Shown: positions 1 through 8,922 of the stretch, piece by piece
How positions within the stretch are numbered: position 1 is the first letter of the stretch
How the letters are laid out: every line of letters begins with the position of its first letter
NCBI GenBank assembly: GCA_039630485.1
Contig: JBCNUX010000004.1
Span: forward strand, 808 to 64,807
Direction: 5' to 3'
DNA: 64,000 nt
Source: Chlorobiota bacterium
Lineage (GTDB): Bacteria; Bacteroidota; Ignavibacteria; Kapaibacteriales; HRBIN21
The notes under the pieces: generated by a model
Seen by the model: the letters and a program-made list of their open reading frames with translations, nothing else
The model's database searches: none
Told to the model about the DNA's origin: nothing
Translations under genes and position numbers: made by a program

Positions 1-526
1 CCGCGATGCGCTGCAGGAACCATTGAGCCGAAAAGCGAGGGTCGTTCGGGGTATAGAGCGGGAAGCGCTTGTACAGTGGCTCAGCGTACTCTACCTCCGG
101 ATTGTCTTTGAGGGACTTACAGACGTCGTAGGGATCGACAGGGGCAGCATACCGCACCTCGTAGATCCTCCCCAGGCCGAAGACATCCTGCTGGAGCACG
201 GCTGGGGCAGCGTACTCTGGGAAGACCTGCCGGACGCTCTGCACGCGGAAGGGTTCCAGGGCATGCATGAGTACTGACGATGTGAAGCCACGGGAACCCT
301 TAGACACTACGAACATCTGGCGGGTCTTCAGGATGACTACTCCAGGCACATACTGCTCTGGATTACGGCTGACCCAGAAGACCACGGGTACAGTAGTCAC
401 ACCGTTCGGCAGGGGCCGCGCTCCAACGAAGATCGGGAAACGCTCCCCAACCGGCTTCGGCCGATCGGGTACCGCTGCCTGAGCCAGCGAGAGAGCAACC
501 AGGCATGCCACTGTAGCCAACAGCAT
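1..526 (-). CDS. S8-family (subtilisin-like) secreted serine peptidase, N-terminal part; continues beyond the left edge
   Basis: Absent from the ORF track because there is no stop in the window. Manual translation from ATG 526 gives MLLATVACLVALSLAQAAVPDRPKP... (signal peptide) ... KSLKDNPEVEYAEPLYKRFPLYTPNDPRFSAQWFLQRIA. This is the propeptide-to-catalytic-domain junction (PNDP..QW) typical of subtilases. The frame is open to position 1. Confidence 0.65.
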   Translation of the reverse strand, partial: MLLATVACLVALSLAQAAVPDRPKPVGERFPIFVGARPLPNGVTTVPVVFWVSRNPEQYVPGVVILKTRQMFVVSKGSRGFTSSVLMHALEPFRVQSVRQVFPEYAAPAVLQQDVFGLGRIYEVRYAAPVDPYDVCKSLKDNPEVEYAEPLYKRFPLYTPNDPRFSAQWFLQRIA

Positions 527-545
527 CGTTTTCCCCTCACGATTC

Positions 546-2468
546 CTACAGCTCTTGGAGGAAGACCAGACCATAGCCATTGCGGCGATTGCCCACAAAA
601 ATAACGGAGTAGCGGTATCCCACGGGAAAGAGCACGTTGTCAGCCCGTGCCACAAATGTTCTAGAGCCGCTGTCTCGAATCCGAACCCCGAGGCGATACT
701 CTCTTGGAATGAGCTCGAACGGCGTCGCTGTCCCACGCTGCAGCCCCTGGAAGAGGAGCCGTTCAGCGATCCGCCCCTCGACAATGGTGTCAGAGAACAC
801 ATCAATCGCTGCCAAATCACTGCCATTGATGAAGCGCCACTGCGCTCCCCAGGCTACCCCCCAACGTCGTGGGGATGCGAAGCGGAAGAGCTGCGCCCTC
901 CCCTCTGCCTCTGCCAATACCAGCAGCAACAGAGAGTCCATCCCCGCTCCAGTTACCGTCCACTGGTGTCCCAAGGCACTTAGCGTTGCTCCTTGCGATG
1001 GGAGCACAGTCGTTACAACTGTGCGGTACGGCACTGCGACCTCGTTGAAGACTGGGGCTGCCGAGAGAGCAACGCCCTGTCCCGGAAGTCCCTGGAGGAG
1101 CTGCATGGGGATGCCATTAGGCAGAGGGACAACGGCCTGCTCCTCGTCAGTATCATCCACCCATGCGAGCCTTGCTCCAGTATCGCCACCCGTCGCTGGT
1201 AGCAAACAGAGGAATCCTGCGCGTCCCTCCATGACCCTAGTGATAGCTGCTGCCAGGAGCGTCCGCGGTAATGCTGAGCTCCACACCAGTAGCGGTAATG
1301 AGCCTGCTGGGACCATGGCTCCCTCGCATGCTTCCCCAAGCACCACACCACTTGCGAGAAGCTGGCCACCGAGGAGCTGTCCCTCCCCACGGGCCCCAGT
1401 AGCGATCTCCACAGCTCCATTCCCAGCCGCAGCATGGAAGATGCGTAAGCGTACAGCTCCAGTCGGCCTCTCGTCCGTCATGACAAGCTGCCCGAGCAGC
1501 CGCTCAGCGGAGTCCGTCAGAACGAGCGTATAGCGCCGGAAAGGCTCGAGGCTTGCAGAGAGCACGAGCTGAGCACCGGAGGGTGTGCGAACGAGGAAGG
1601 AGTCTGGCTGCACATCTCCGCAGACGGGTACATCTCGGTAGGGACCAACTCGGGATGGCCCTATCTCTGGCTCCACCACGCTACCCTGTGGATTGCGGAC
1701 AACCGTCACCGGTTGAGAGGCGAGATTGAGCACCCGAAGAGCTACCGTAGCCTGCGTGATCCTGTCGGGTTCCCATAGGCGGTGTGCCGTCAGACGCGTG
1801 TCCTCAGCTATCCCTACGCTCGGACTGGCAGGCCCTCCCCACACGAAGAAGGAATAGGCAGCCCCAGGGCGAGGACTCAGCCGCCATGTACCCACTACGC
1901 GCTCGCCAGCTCCCGACGCCACAGTGACAGAGAGAGCAACCTCCCTACCGACGGTGAGTGTCAGCGGGCCTGTCTCCGAGAGCCACTGCGCAGACTTCGC
2001 CACGGACGGAGCATTCGGACAGCCAATCCGGAGGGTGTACTCTTGGGCTGCAGGAACCATGTTGATCAGACGCACCGTGCTCCCCCCCTCCAACGAGCCG
2101 AGAGGCTGCAGGAACAGGGCTGCCGTGTCCTTCCCGTCAGCGGTCGAGCTGACAACGACCAGATGGAGCATTCGGCGCAGGAGGCGAAGAGGGAAGTGCA
2201 CCGTTGTCCTCTCCTCTCGCCAGACCCGGAGCGCCAGCGAATCCCGGGACACAAACAGAGCTGCGCTACGTTCACCCGGAAGGAGCACCACGCTCGTATC
2301 CCCAAGCTCCACTCGACGGAGCTGCCCGTCGGGTACCAGTGAAAGAAACACAACGAGCAAGCTATCAGCCGTTCTCGGAGGATCCACCAGCAGCGGGTTC
2401 TCTGACGGACACCCAGTAAGCCCTACGAGTCCTGCAAGCACGCATGTACGTAAAAGGCCCCTCTTCAT
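546..2468 (-). CDS. DUF4397-like repeat lipoprotein
   Basis: ORF 546..2513 trimmed to ATG 2468, giving MKRGLLRTCVLAGLVGLTGC (lipobox). Recurrent modules LRVLNLASQPVTVV, VRLINMVPAAQEYTL, LRIFHAAAGNGAVEI and WRFINGSDLAAIDVF resemble DUF4397 repeats. Confidence 0.55.
   Translation of the reverse strand: MKRGLLRTCVLAGLVGLTGCPSENPLLVDPPRTADSLLVVFLSLVPDGQLRRVELGDTSVVLLPGERSAALFVSRDSLALRVWREERTTVHFPLRLLRRMLHLVVVSSTADGKDTAALFLQPLGSLEGGSTVRLINMVPAAQEYTLRIGCPNAPSVAKSAQWLSETGPLTLTVGREVALSVTVASGAGERVVGTWRLSPRPGAAYSFFVWGGPASPSVGIAEDTRLTAHRLWEPDRITQATVALRVLNLASQPVTVVRNPQGSVVEPEIGPSRVGPYRDVPVCGDVQPDSFLVRTPSGAQLVLSASLEPFRRYTLVLTDSAERLLGQLVMTDERPTGAVRLRIFHAAAGNGAVEIATGARGEGQLLGGQLLASGVVLGEACEGAMVPAGSLPLLVWSSALPRTLLAAAITRVMEGRAGFLCLLPATGGDTGARLAWVDDTDEEQAVVPLPNGIPMQLLQGLPGQGVALSAAPVFNEVAVPYRTVVTTVLPSQGATLSALGHQWTVTGAGMDSLLLLVLAEAEGRAQLFRFASPRRWGVAWGAQWRFINGSDLAAIDVFSDTIVEGRIAERLLFQGLQRGTATPFELIPREYRLGVRIRDSGSRTFVARADNVLFPVGYRYSVIFVGNRRNGYGLVFLQEL
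596..603 (-). promoter_or_regulatory. TAnnTTTG (-7 type) promoter box, TATTTTTG on - strand, about 70 nt upstream of the S8 peptidase ATG
   Basis: The + strand reads CAAAAATA at 596..603. The box lies in the last codons of the upstream gene and points toward ATG 526. Confidence 0.35.
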
Positions 2469-2511
2469 CCGTCTCTTAGCGGCGGTACGACTGCGACTAT
2501 CCACGCCGAGC

Positions 2512-3612
2512 ATGGAACCTGCTCTGGAACGAGCAGCCCAAACAACGTTAGACCACTACCGTAGATTGCAACAGCAGTTGGAAGACCCTGCGGTCGCAGC
2601 CGATCCACACCAAGCAGCGGCGATTGCCCGCGAGCTCAAACGTCACCGGCCCGCTGCGGAGCAAGCTGAACGGTACCTGCGACTCTTGCAGGAGTGGAAC
2701 TCCCTACAGGAGCTGCTGACGACAGAGACGGACTCAGAGCTGCGTCACTTAGCCAGCGAAGAGCTGGAGAGCATCGAAGAACGCCTCAACGAGACTGCCG
2801 AGGCTCTCCGCTTGGCACTCCTCCCCTCAGACCCTGATGACAGCCGCGACTGTATCGTAGAAATCCGGGCAGGCACAGGCGGAGAAGAAGCAGCCCTGTT
2901 CGCCGCTGATCTCTTCCGCGTCTACCAGCGGTATGCCGAGCGCAAGGGGTGGAAGTTAGAGGTGGTAGACTTCAGCGAGAGCGATCTCGGGGGGTTCAAA
3001 GAGATCGTCTTCTCCCTGAGCGGCGAGGACGTCTACGGGACGATGAAGTACGAGAGTGGAGTCCACCGCGTCCAGCGTGTCCCGGTGACGGAGTCCAGTG
3101 GCCGCATCCATACTTCCGCTGCCACCGTCGCCGTCCTGCCAGAGCCTGAAGAGGTCGAAGTACAGCTGCGAGAGGAAGACTTGCGGATTGACGTCTTCCG
3201 GGCCAGTGGACACGGTGGGCAGAACGTCAACAAAGTAGAGACAGCCGTCCGCATCGTCCACATCCCCACTGGCATTGTCGTGCAGTGCCAGGACGAACGC
3301 TCACAGCACCGCAACCGAGAGAAGGCCCTCAAAGTGCTCCGTGCACGCCTCTACCAGCTCCAGCGCCAGCAGCAAGAGGAACGGCTTGCCCAGCAACGGC
3401 GTAGCCAAATCCGTACAGGCGACCGTTCCGAGAAGATCCGCACGTACAACTTCCCCCAGAACCGCGTCACCGACCACCGCCTTTCGGGAGAGGTCAAGAA
3501 CTTCCCGCTGTCGGAGGTCTTAGAGGGAGAGCTCGACCCGATAGTGGAGCAGCTCAAACTCCAGGAGCGCACTGCTCAGCTCCAGCAACTCCAGCAGCTC
3601 CCAGAGGTGTAG
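2512..3612 (+). CDS. prfA: peptide chain release factor 1
   Basis: In-frame ATG at 2512 (MEPALERAAQTTLDHYRRL...). The upstream part of ORF 1924..3612 is antisense to the neighbouring gene. It has the RF1 PxT tripeptide (RVPVTESSGR) and the GGQ motif (SGHGGQNVNKVETAVRI). Confidence 0.95.
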   Translation: MEPALERAAQTTLDHYRRLQQQLEDPAVAADPHQAAAIARELKRHRPAAEQAERYLRLLQEWNSLQELLTTETDSELRHLASEELESIEERLNETAEALRLALLPSDPDDSRDCIVEIRAGTGGEEAALFAADLFRVYQRYAERKGWKLEVVDFSESDLGGFKEIVFSLSGEDVYGTMKYESGVHRVQRVPVTESSGRIHTSAATVAVLPEPEEVEVQLREEDLRIDVFRASGHGGQNVNKVETAVRIVHIPTGIVVQCQDERSQHRNREKALKVLRARLYQLQRQQQEERLAQQRRSQIRTGDRSEKIRTYNFPQNRVTDHRLSGEVKNFPLSEVLEGELDPIVEQLKLQERTAQLQQLQQLPEV

Positions 3613-3700
3613 CGAAGATGAACTCTCCCCGCCCCCGCTGTGGATGCACTCCGCGATGGGGACACCACGTGTCTCCCTGGCGTCAGCTCACTTCGGCATC

Positions 3701-3735
3701 AAATACAAATGCCGCTGCCTTGTGCAGGCAGCGGC
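3701..3735 (-). terminator. rho-independent terminator downstream of tRNA-Pro
   Basis: Perfect 9-bp stem GCCGCTGCC(3711-3719)/GGCAGCGGC(3727-3735) with a 7-nt loop. On the - strand it is followed by ATTTGTATTT. There is no T-tract on the + strand side. Confidence 0.55.
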
Positions 3736-3745
3736 TCCTAAGCTG

Positions 3746-3819
3746 TCGGGGTGAGAGGATTCGAACCTCCGGCCCCTGCGTCCCGAACACAGTGCTCTAC
3801 CAGGCTGAGCTACACCCCG
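3746..3819 (-). tRNA. tRNA-Pro (anticodon CGG)
   Basis: The reverse complement folds as a cloverleaf. Acceptor CGGGGTG/CACCCCG; D arm GCTC-AGCCTGGTA-GAGC; anticodon arm CTGTG-TTCGGGA-CGCAG (CGG at 34-36); T arm GGAGG-TTCGAAT-CCTCT; discriminator A. CCA is not encoded. Confidence 0.9.
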
Positions 3820-3827
3820 ACGCGCTA

Positions 3828-3835
3828 CAAAATTA
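3828..3835 (-). promoter_or_regulatory. TAnnTTTG promoter box (TAATTTTG) 8 nt upstream of the tRNA-Pro 5' end
   Basis: The + strand reads CAAAATTA at 3828..3835. Orientation and spacing fit a start site at or just before the tRNA. Confidence 0.5.
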
Positions 3836-3877
3836 GCGAACCCCGACCGAACGCAGTGGAGCAACGCAGACCGTTGG

Positions 3878-6028
3878 ATGCACGACTACACGTTCAGCAT
3901 CGCCATTCCCTGGTGGTTGGCTTTGGTGACACTCGCAGGAGCCATCGGGATCAGCGTGTGGGCATACTGGAGGTTGTCTCCTCCGCTATCGCAGCGACAA
4001 CGTCTGGTCTTGACCGTACTACGCAGCATAGCGCTGTGCTTGCTGGTGTTTGCACTCTGGCAGCCCCTGGTAGGGAGCCTGACGGCACTACGCCAGGAAC
4101 CCCAGGTTGCCATCCTCCTGGACAACTCTAGCTCCCTCCGCCTCCGCGACGCAGCCGGAGATCGAGCACAGGCTTACCGCGCCGCCCTCCGCCAGCTCCA
4201 GCCAATGCTGGAGTCCCCCTCAGCCCTCTTGGCTCGCTTCGATGCCAGCGTGACCCCTTTGGAGTCCTGGCATCCCGACTCCTTGAGCCTCGATGGACCC
4301 GCAACCGACATTGCCCAGGCGCTCCGTTGGGCAGCTTCGGAGGCCCGCCGCCGTAACGTCCAGGCAGTGCTCCTCATCAGCGATGGGGTCGTCACCGCAG
4401 GCAGTGATCCGGTAGCCGAAGCGGAGATGTTGGGGAAACCTGTCGTCACGATCCTCGTCGGGGACACAACGCCAATTAGGGACCTCGCCGTTCAGAGCAT
4501 GCTGGTGAACGAACGCGTGCCTCTAGGGAGCCAGACCACAGTATACGCTCTGCTCACCGCAACAGGTCTCCAACCCCAGACCATCCGGGTCGAGCTCTGG
4601 GAGAACGCACGGCGGACTGCCGAGCAGACCCTCAACCTACGTCCAGAGCAATCGGCCTACACCGTTGCCTTTACCTACACGCCCCAGTCAGAAGGATTCC
4701 AACGGCTCTCGGTGCGTGTTCCAGCCATTCCTGAAGAAGCGACGCAGCGGAACAACGAGGCCACGGCGTTCGTCGAAGTCAGCCGCTTGCGTCGCCGCAT
4801 CCTCCTCTTCGCTGGCTCGCCGAGCCCTGATTTTGCCTTCCTGCGGCGCGAACTGCAGCGCAATCCCCTGCTGGAGCTCTCCACCTTCGTCCACAAAGAT
4901 GCCACGACCTTCTACGAAGGTCAGCCTTCCCCTACCCTCTTACGCCAGGCCGATGCCTTCATCCTCGTGGACTTCCCCACACGCACCACGCCCGAGCCAG
5001 TGGTGAAGGCGATCGCAGAAGAGCTGGCCCGAGACCGCCCTATAGCGGTCATCCTCGGGCCTCTTGCAGACCCAAGCAAGGCACGACTCTTAGAGCCCTA
5101 TCTACCCATCACCTTCGCCGCACAGGCGCGAGAGCATGTGGCAGCGGTTGCGCCTACACCTACAGCAGCTACACATCCGTTGACGCGCACACTCTCCGCC
5201 GACGAGGCATGGCGCTCGCTGCCTCCTCTGATCGCCCTCGAAGCCGCCCAACTGAAGCCGAATGCTGAAATCTTAGCCACTGCGGCCTCAGGAGCCATAC
5301 GGCTGCCCTTCTTCGTCGCCCAAGAGCAGCCCCGTCGCAGCCTGGTAGTGCTCGGCTACGGCCTTCACCGCTGGAAGCTCATGGGCTTCGCCGCCGAGCA
5401 GGCCCGCGGGAGGAACCCTGTTGACCATTTCTCCGCACTGGCAACGAACCTCACGCAGTGGCTCCTTGCTGCAGAACGCAGCCCGCAGGTCCGCATCCGT
5501 ACGACGAAACGCTTCTACGCCGCTGGCGAGCCTGTGCGCTTCTGGGCTTCCGTGACGGATCCCGAGGGAAACCCGGTTACCACCGCTACCGTCTCCGTCC
5601 GGGTCGTCTCCAGCAATCAGACCCAAGAGCTCCTCCTCCAGCCCGCAGGCGCTGGAGTCTACCAAGGGAGCCTCTCCGGCCTCCCAAGTGGCGAGTACGC
5701 CTTCAGCGGCACGGCCACCCTGGGCACCACACAGCTTGGATCTGACCGAGGCCGCTTCAGTATCGGCGACATTGGGCTGGAAGCGCGCTCTCTCCAGGCG
5801 GATGCTGAACTCTTACGGAACCTTGCTGCTCGCACTGGCGGAGCGTTCTTCACAGCCGATTCAGCAGCCCTAGCGTGGGAGTTTATTCGCACGCTTCCCG
5901 GGTTTCGCCCGGTCGTGGCTACTACCCGCCGCGAAATTGCCCTCTGGCACTCCCCGTGGCTCTTAGCACTGGCCCTGCTGATTCTCTCTGCAGAGTGGTT
6001 CCTACGCCGACGCTGGGGCCTGGTCTGA
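3878..6028 (+). CDS. BatA-N-terminal-domain / vWA-like membrane protein
   Basis: 716-aa ORF. It has an N-terminal double-TM segment (IAIPWWLALVTLAGAIGISVWAYWRL...LVLTVLRSIALCLLVFALW) like the aerotolerance BatA N-terminal domain. It also has a vWA-like block (QAVLLISDGVVTAGSDP) and a C-terminal TM anchor (WLLALALLILSAEWFLRRRW). Confidence 0.5.
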   Translation: MHDYTFSIAIPWWLALVTLAGAIGISVWAYWRLSPPLSQRQRLVLTVLRSIALCLLVFALWQPLVGSLTALRQEPQVAILLDNSSSLRLRDAAGDRAQAYRAALRQLQPMLESPSALLARFDASVTPLESWHPDSLSLDGPATDIAQALRWAASEARRRNVQAVLLISDGVVTAGSDPVAEAEMLGKPVVTILVGDTTPIRDLAVQSMLVNERVPLGSQTTVYALLTATGLQPQTIRVELWENARRTAEQTLNLRPEQSAYTVAFTYTPQSEGFQRLSVRVPAIPEEATQRNNEATAFVEVSRLRRRILLFAGSPSPDFAFLRRELQRNPLLELSTFVHKDATTFYEGQPSPTLLRQADAFILVDFPTRTTPEPVVKAIAEELARDRPIAVILGPLADPSKARLLEPYLPITFAAQAREHVAAVAPTPTAATHPLTRTLSADEAWRSLPPLIALEAAQLKPNAEILATAASGAIRLPFFVAQEQPRRSLVVLGYGLHRWKLMGFAAEQARGRNPVDHFSALATNLTQWLLAAERSPQVRIRTTKRFYAAGEPVRFWASVTDPEGNPVTTATVSVRVVSSNQTQELLLQPAGAGVYQGSLSGLPSGEYAFSGTATLGTTQLGSDRGRFSIGDIGLEARSLQADAELLRNLAARTGGAFFTADSAALAWEFIRTLPGFRPVVATTRREIALWHSPWLLALALLILSAEWFLRRRWGLV

Positions 6029-6866
6029 AGCAACGCCGCAACCAGGACCAGACGACAGCAGCAATGAACTGCAAAGTGGCTGCTAACACCATCCAGCCGG
6101 CTACAGCTCCTCCAAGGTTTGAGGCGGCAACGTAGCCAGCGACTGTGCTACTGATACTGACGAGGACGGCAATCCCCACCATTCTCAACAGCCGGGCCGT
6201 CAACAGCCGAGCCGTAGCAGCCGGTACCGTCAAGAGCGCTACAACCAGGATTGCTCCGACGAGTACGAAGCCCACTACGGCCGCCATTGCCGTCATGCCC
6301 AGCAGGACCGCCTGCCACAGCTTCGGGGTCATCCCTGACACCTCTGCAAACTCCGGATCAAACGTGCTCACCACCAGCTCCTTCCACGCCACCAGCAACA
6401 CCACGGCAGCAATCCCCACCAGGAGCAGCGCCCACAGTGCCGCTCTCGGCACCATCAGTGGGCCGACCGTTACCATGTCCAAAGGCACGTAGGCAAGCTC
6501 CCCATACAGGACACACTCCACGTCCAAATCCACTTTGCCGCCGAACGCCGATAGCAAGAGAATGCCAACAGCGAAGAAGCTCGCCAAGACCGCGGCCAGC
6601 GCTGCATCGGCATGCCACCCGAAGCGATGCTGCAACACCTGGAGCAGAAAGACTGCCACCAACGCGCTCACCCCTGCTCCGAGGAGCATGACTGGGAGCT
6701 CTCGCACCCCACTCCAGAGGTAAGCCAGCACAATCCCGGGAAGGACAGCGTGGGAGACTGCATCTCCCAGTAGGGCCATCCGGCGAAGCAGGAGGAAGCT
6801 CCCCAGGAGCGAACTCGCTACCGCTAACAGTGATGCCGTGACGGGAATCCAGAGGAGCTCCATCAC
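5922..6866 (-). CDS. metal ABC transporter permease (ABC-3 family, ZnuB/TroD-like)
   Basis: Polytopic membrane ORF with the typical ABC-3 start (LLAVASSLLGSFLLLRRMALLGDAVSHAVLPGIVLAY). It is the last gene of the binding protein-ATPase-permease-permease operon. Its unusual C-terminal tail overlaps the convergent gene. Confidence 0.85.
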   Translation of the reverse strand: MMELLWIPVTASLLAVASSLLGSFLLLRRMALLGDAVSHAVLPGIVLAYLWSGVRELPVMLLGAGVSALVAVFLLQVLQHRFGWHADAALAAVLASFFAVGILLLSAFGGKVDLDVECVLYGELAYVPLDMVTVGPLMVPRAALWALLLVGIAAVVLLVAWKELVVSTFDPEFAEVSGMTPKLWQAVLLGMTAMAAVVGFVLVGAILVVALLTVPAATARLLTARLLRMVGIAVLVSISSTVAGYVAASNLGGAVAGWMVLAATLQFIAAVVWSWLRRCFRPGPSVGVGTTLQRESAGPVLRATGSARGQFRGG

Positions 6867-8149
6867 CCATTCTGCCGCGGTGGGATGGGACGTCCGTGAG
6901 GATCATGTTCCGGCCGTTGGAGCAGCTCTTGGAGCCGCTCCTCGATCTCCGGAGAGAGCACATGCTCTACGAGCTCGGCCTCGAGGTGGACGCGGTCGGC
7001 TGGCACACCGAAGAAGCGCTCCAAGTACAGCTCCCAGAGGCGATGGCGGCGGACAATCTGGCAGGCCCTCTTGTGCCCGAGCCTGGTTACCCGCCAGCGC
7101 CTGCGGCCCTCCCACCGTATCGAGCCTCGAAGCCACAGCCATACGAGCACGAGCACAGCCCCAGCACGGCCCCCTCTGTACTCCGGCCGTAGTATGGGTC
7201 CCTCCCAACACTCCCCACCACTCCGCTCTATGCCGTAGTAGAGCAGCTTGTGGGCATGCTCATCCCAGCGCCGTAACCATCGCATCCCGTACCCCCACAC
7301 CCGTGCCAGCACTCCATGGTGCGGAGCAAAGAGGTGCGAGAGCAACACCATCCCCGCCGCTGCCGTTACGATGACCGGCCCTGTTGCGACATAGGGGAGA
7401 TTCCACGACAATCCCAAACCGACTACGACAGCCCCCAGCGCCACCGCAATGCTCCCCACCAGCATCCCTGGCACACGCCGTACCCACAGCCGCGCCGCCA
7501 TCGGCGGAAGTACGAACAACCCCACGATGAGCAGTGCCCCAACGCTCTGGACTCCCACCACCGTGATGGCGACGACCGCAACCCGATAGCCAACTTCCAC
7601 CCACTGCAGCGGCAACGGGAGCGTTCGCAGAAACTCGGCATCGAACGCCATTGCCACGAGCTCTTTGAAGGCAATGGCGACGAAGAGGAGGGATAGGGCC
7701 GTCACAGCCACAATGAGCGGCAGGTCCTCTACTCTGACGGCCGCTGCCTGCCCAAAGAGGAATCGCCACAGCCCCACCTGGTCCGCTTCCTGACGGCTCT
7801 GTAGCAGCGTCAACAAGACAATCCCCAGCCCGAACGAGGCCGCCAGCACCACTCCCAAGCGACTGTCCTCGGAAAGGCGTGCCATCCGGCGGAGTACCTC
7901 GACCGCTCCCGCTGCCGCCAGTGCCGTCAGGAATGCCCCCAGCGCTAGCACAGGCAACTCCTTCTGCGCCGATAGCAGGTACGCGAATCCAATACCCGGC
8001 ACGACAGCATGCGCCAACACATCCGCCAGCATCCCTTCACGCCGCAGCACCGCAAAGGTCCCAACGACGGCACCCCCGACGGCTATGAGGGCATTGCCGA
8101 GGAAGACGGCAAAGAGTGGTCCCTGCAAGAAGAGCTCCCACTCTATCAT
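6863..8149 (-). CDS. metal ABC transporter permease (ABC-3) fused to a C-terminal DtxR/MntR-like metalloregulator domain
   Basis: Residues 1 to about 275 are ABC-3 permease (VGTFAVLRREGMLADVLAHAVVPGIGFAYL). The C-terminal roughly 150 aa carry ...RVTRLGHKRACQIVRRHRLWELYLERFFGVPADRVHLEAELVEHVLSPEIEERLQELLQRPEHDPHGRPIP. This matches the DtxR dimerisation/metal-binding domain, including the RRHRL..E, VH and E..EH ligand pattern. Confidence 0.8.
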   Translation of the reverse strand: MIEWELFLQGPLFAVFLGNALIAVGGAVVGTFAVLRREGMLADVLAHAVVPGIGFAYLLSAQKELPVLALGAFLTALAAAGAVEVLRRMARLSEDSRLGVVLAASFGLGIVLLTLLQSRQEADQVGLWRFLFGQAAAVRVEDLPLIVAVTALSLLFVAIAFKELVAMAFDAEFLRTLPLPLQWVEVGYRVAVVAITVVGVQSVGALLIVGLFVLPPMAARLWVRRVPGMLVGSIAVALGAVVVGLGLSWNLPYVATGPVIVTAAAGMVLLSHLFAPHHGVLARVWGYGMRWLRRWDEHAHKLLYYGIERSGGECWEGPILRPEYRGGRAGAVLVLVWLWLRGSIRWEGRRRWRVTRLGHKRACQIVRRHRLWELYLERFFGVPADRVHLEAELVEHVLSPEIEERLQELLQRPEHDPHGRPIPPRQNG

Positions 8150-8922
8150 CGCCCCTTATGCCGCAGTGCTTCTCGAGCGTGGGCAACCCGCTGGACGACT
8201 TCGCTGAGGATTTCCGCACGCCCACCGTATGCCTCGCGGAGATAGCGGTCCGTGAGGACCTCTGCAACCCAGCCAGCGGCAACCAAGCGTAGGTTGAGCA
8301 GGATGATCCACTCGAAGAAGCTGGCCACGACGTGGAGGTCGTGATGGACGACGACCACCGTCTTACCCTGAGCACGCAACTCTTTGAGGCTCTGCAGCAG
8401 GAGCTCTTCAGTAGCAGCGTCCACTCCAGCAAACGGCTCATCCATCAGGTAGAGCTGGGCATCCTGCGCAAGGGCCCGGGCCAAGAAGACGCGCTGCTGC
8501 TGCCCACCGGAGAGCTCGCTCAAATGCCGATGCGCGTAGGCCTCCATCCCAACGGTCCTAAGAGCCTCCCACGCCCGCCCGTAATCCTGCGGAGTGGGTC
8601 GCCGGAAGAGCCCAAGCCGGCCATATCGCCCCATGAGCACCACATCCAGCACCGTCAGCGGGAAATCCCAGTCCACGCTCTCCCGCTGCGGCATATAGCT
8701 CACGACCGAACGCGCCTGCTTCGGCAGCATCCCGAAGACGTGGACACTACCCCGCTGCAGCGGCACCAAGGCAACCAGGGCCTTCAAGAACGTTGACTTC
8801 CCCGCCCCGTTCGGACCAACCACTGCAGTAAGGCGTCCCGCCGGAATCGAAGCAGTGATTCCCCACAACGCGACCCGCCGGCCATAGAGCACCGTGACGT
8901 CATGGCACTCAACGGCGTTCAT
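8146..8922 (-). CDS. metal ABC transporter ATP-binding protein (ZnuC/TroB-like)
   Basis: Walker A GPNGAGKST, signature LSGGQQQRV, Walker B LYLMDEPFAGVD. ATGA start/stop overlaps with both neighbours. Confidence 0.92.
   Translation of the reverse strand: MNAVECHDVTVLYGRRVALWGITASIPAGRLTAVVGPNGAGKSTFLKALVALVPLQRGSVHVFGMLPKQARSVVSYMPQRESVDWDFPLTVLDVVLMGRYGRLGLFRRPTPQDYGRAWEALRTVGMEAYAHRHLSELSGGQQQRVFLARALAQDAQLYLMDEPFAGVDAATEELLLQSLKELRAQGKTVVVVHHDLHVVASFFEWIILLNLRLVAAGWVAEVLTDRYLREAYGGRAEILSEVVQRVAHAREALRHKGR

Noticed and set aside
637-1533. 298-aa plus-strand ORF, and other long antisense ORFs (15711..16511 -, 17628..18485 +, 11812..12519 +, 31110..31739 +, 6358..6963 -, 7260..7769 -, 45250..45597 -, 45940..46305 -, 36631..36951 -)
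   Set aside because: Each lies inside or opposite a gene with clear family motifs. Each has low-complexity Arg/Pro/Ala/Ser composition and no recognisable domain.
1924-2511. N-terminal extensions of track ORFs (prfA 1924, BNR 10940, big BNR 32547, binding protein 10142, wecB 23150, permease 41961, rny 58823 and others)
   Set aside because: The extensions overlap neighbouring genes and lack family similarity. Internal ATGs give canonical N-termini or signal peptides, often with Shine-Dalgarno sequences or ATGA coupling.
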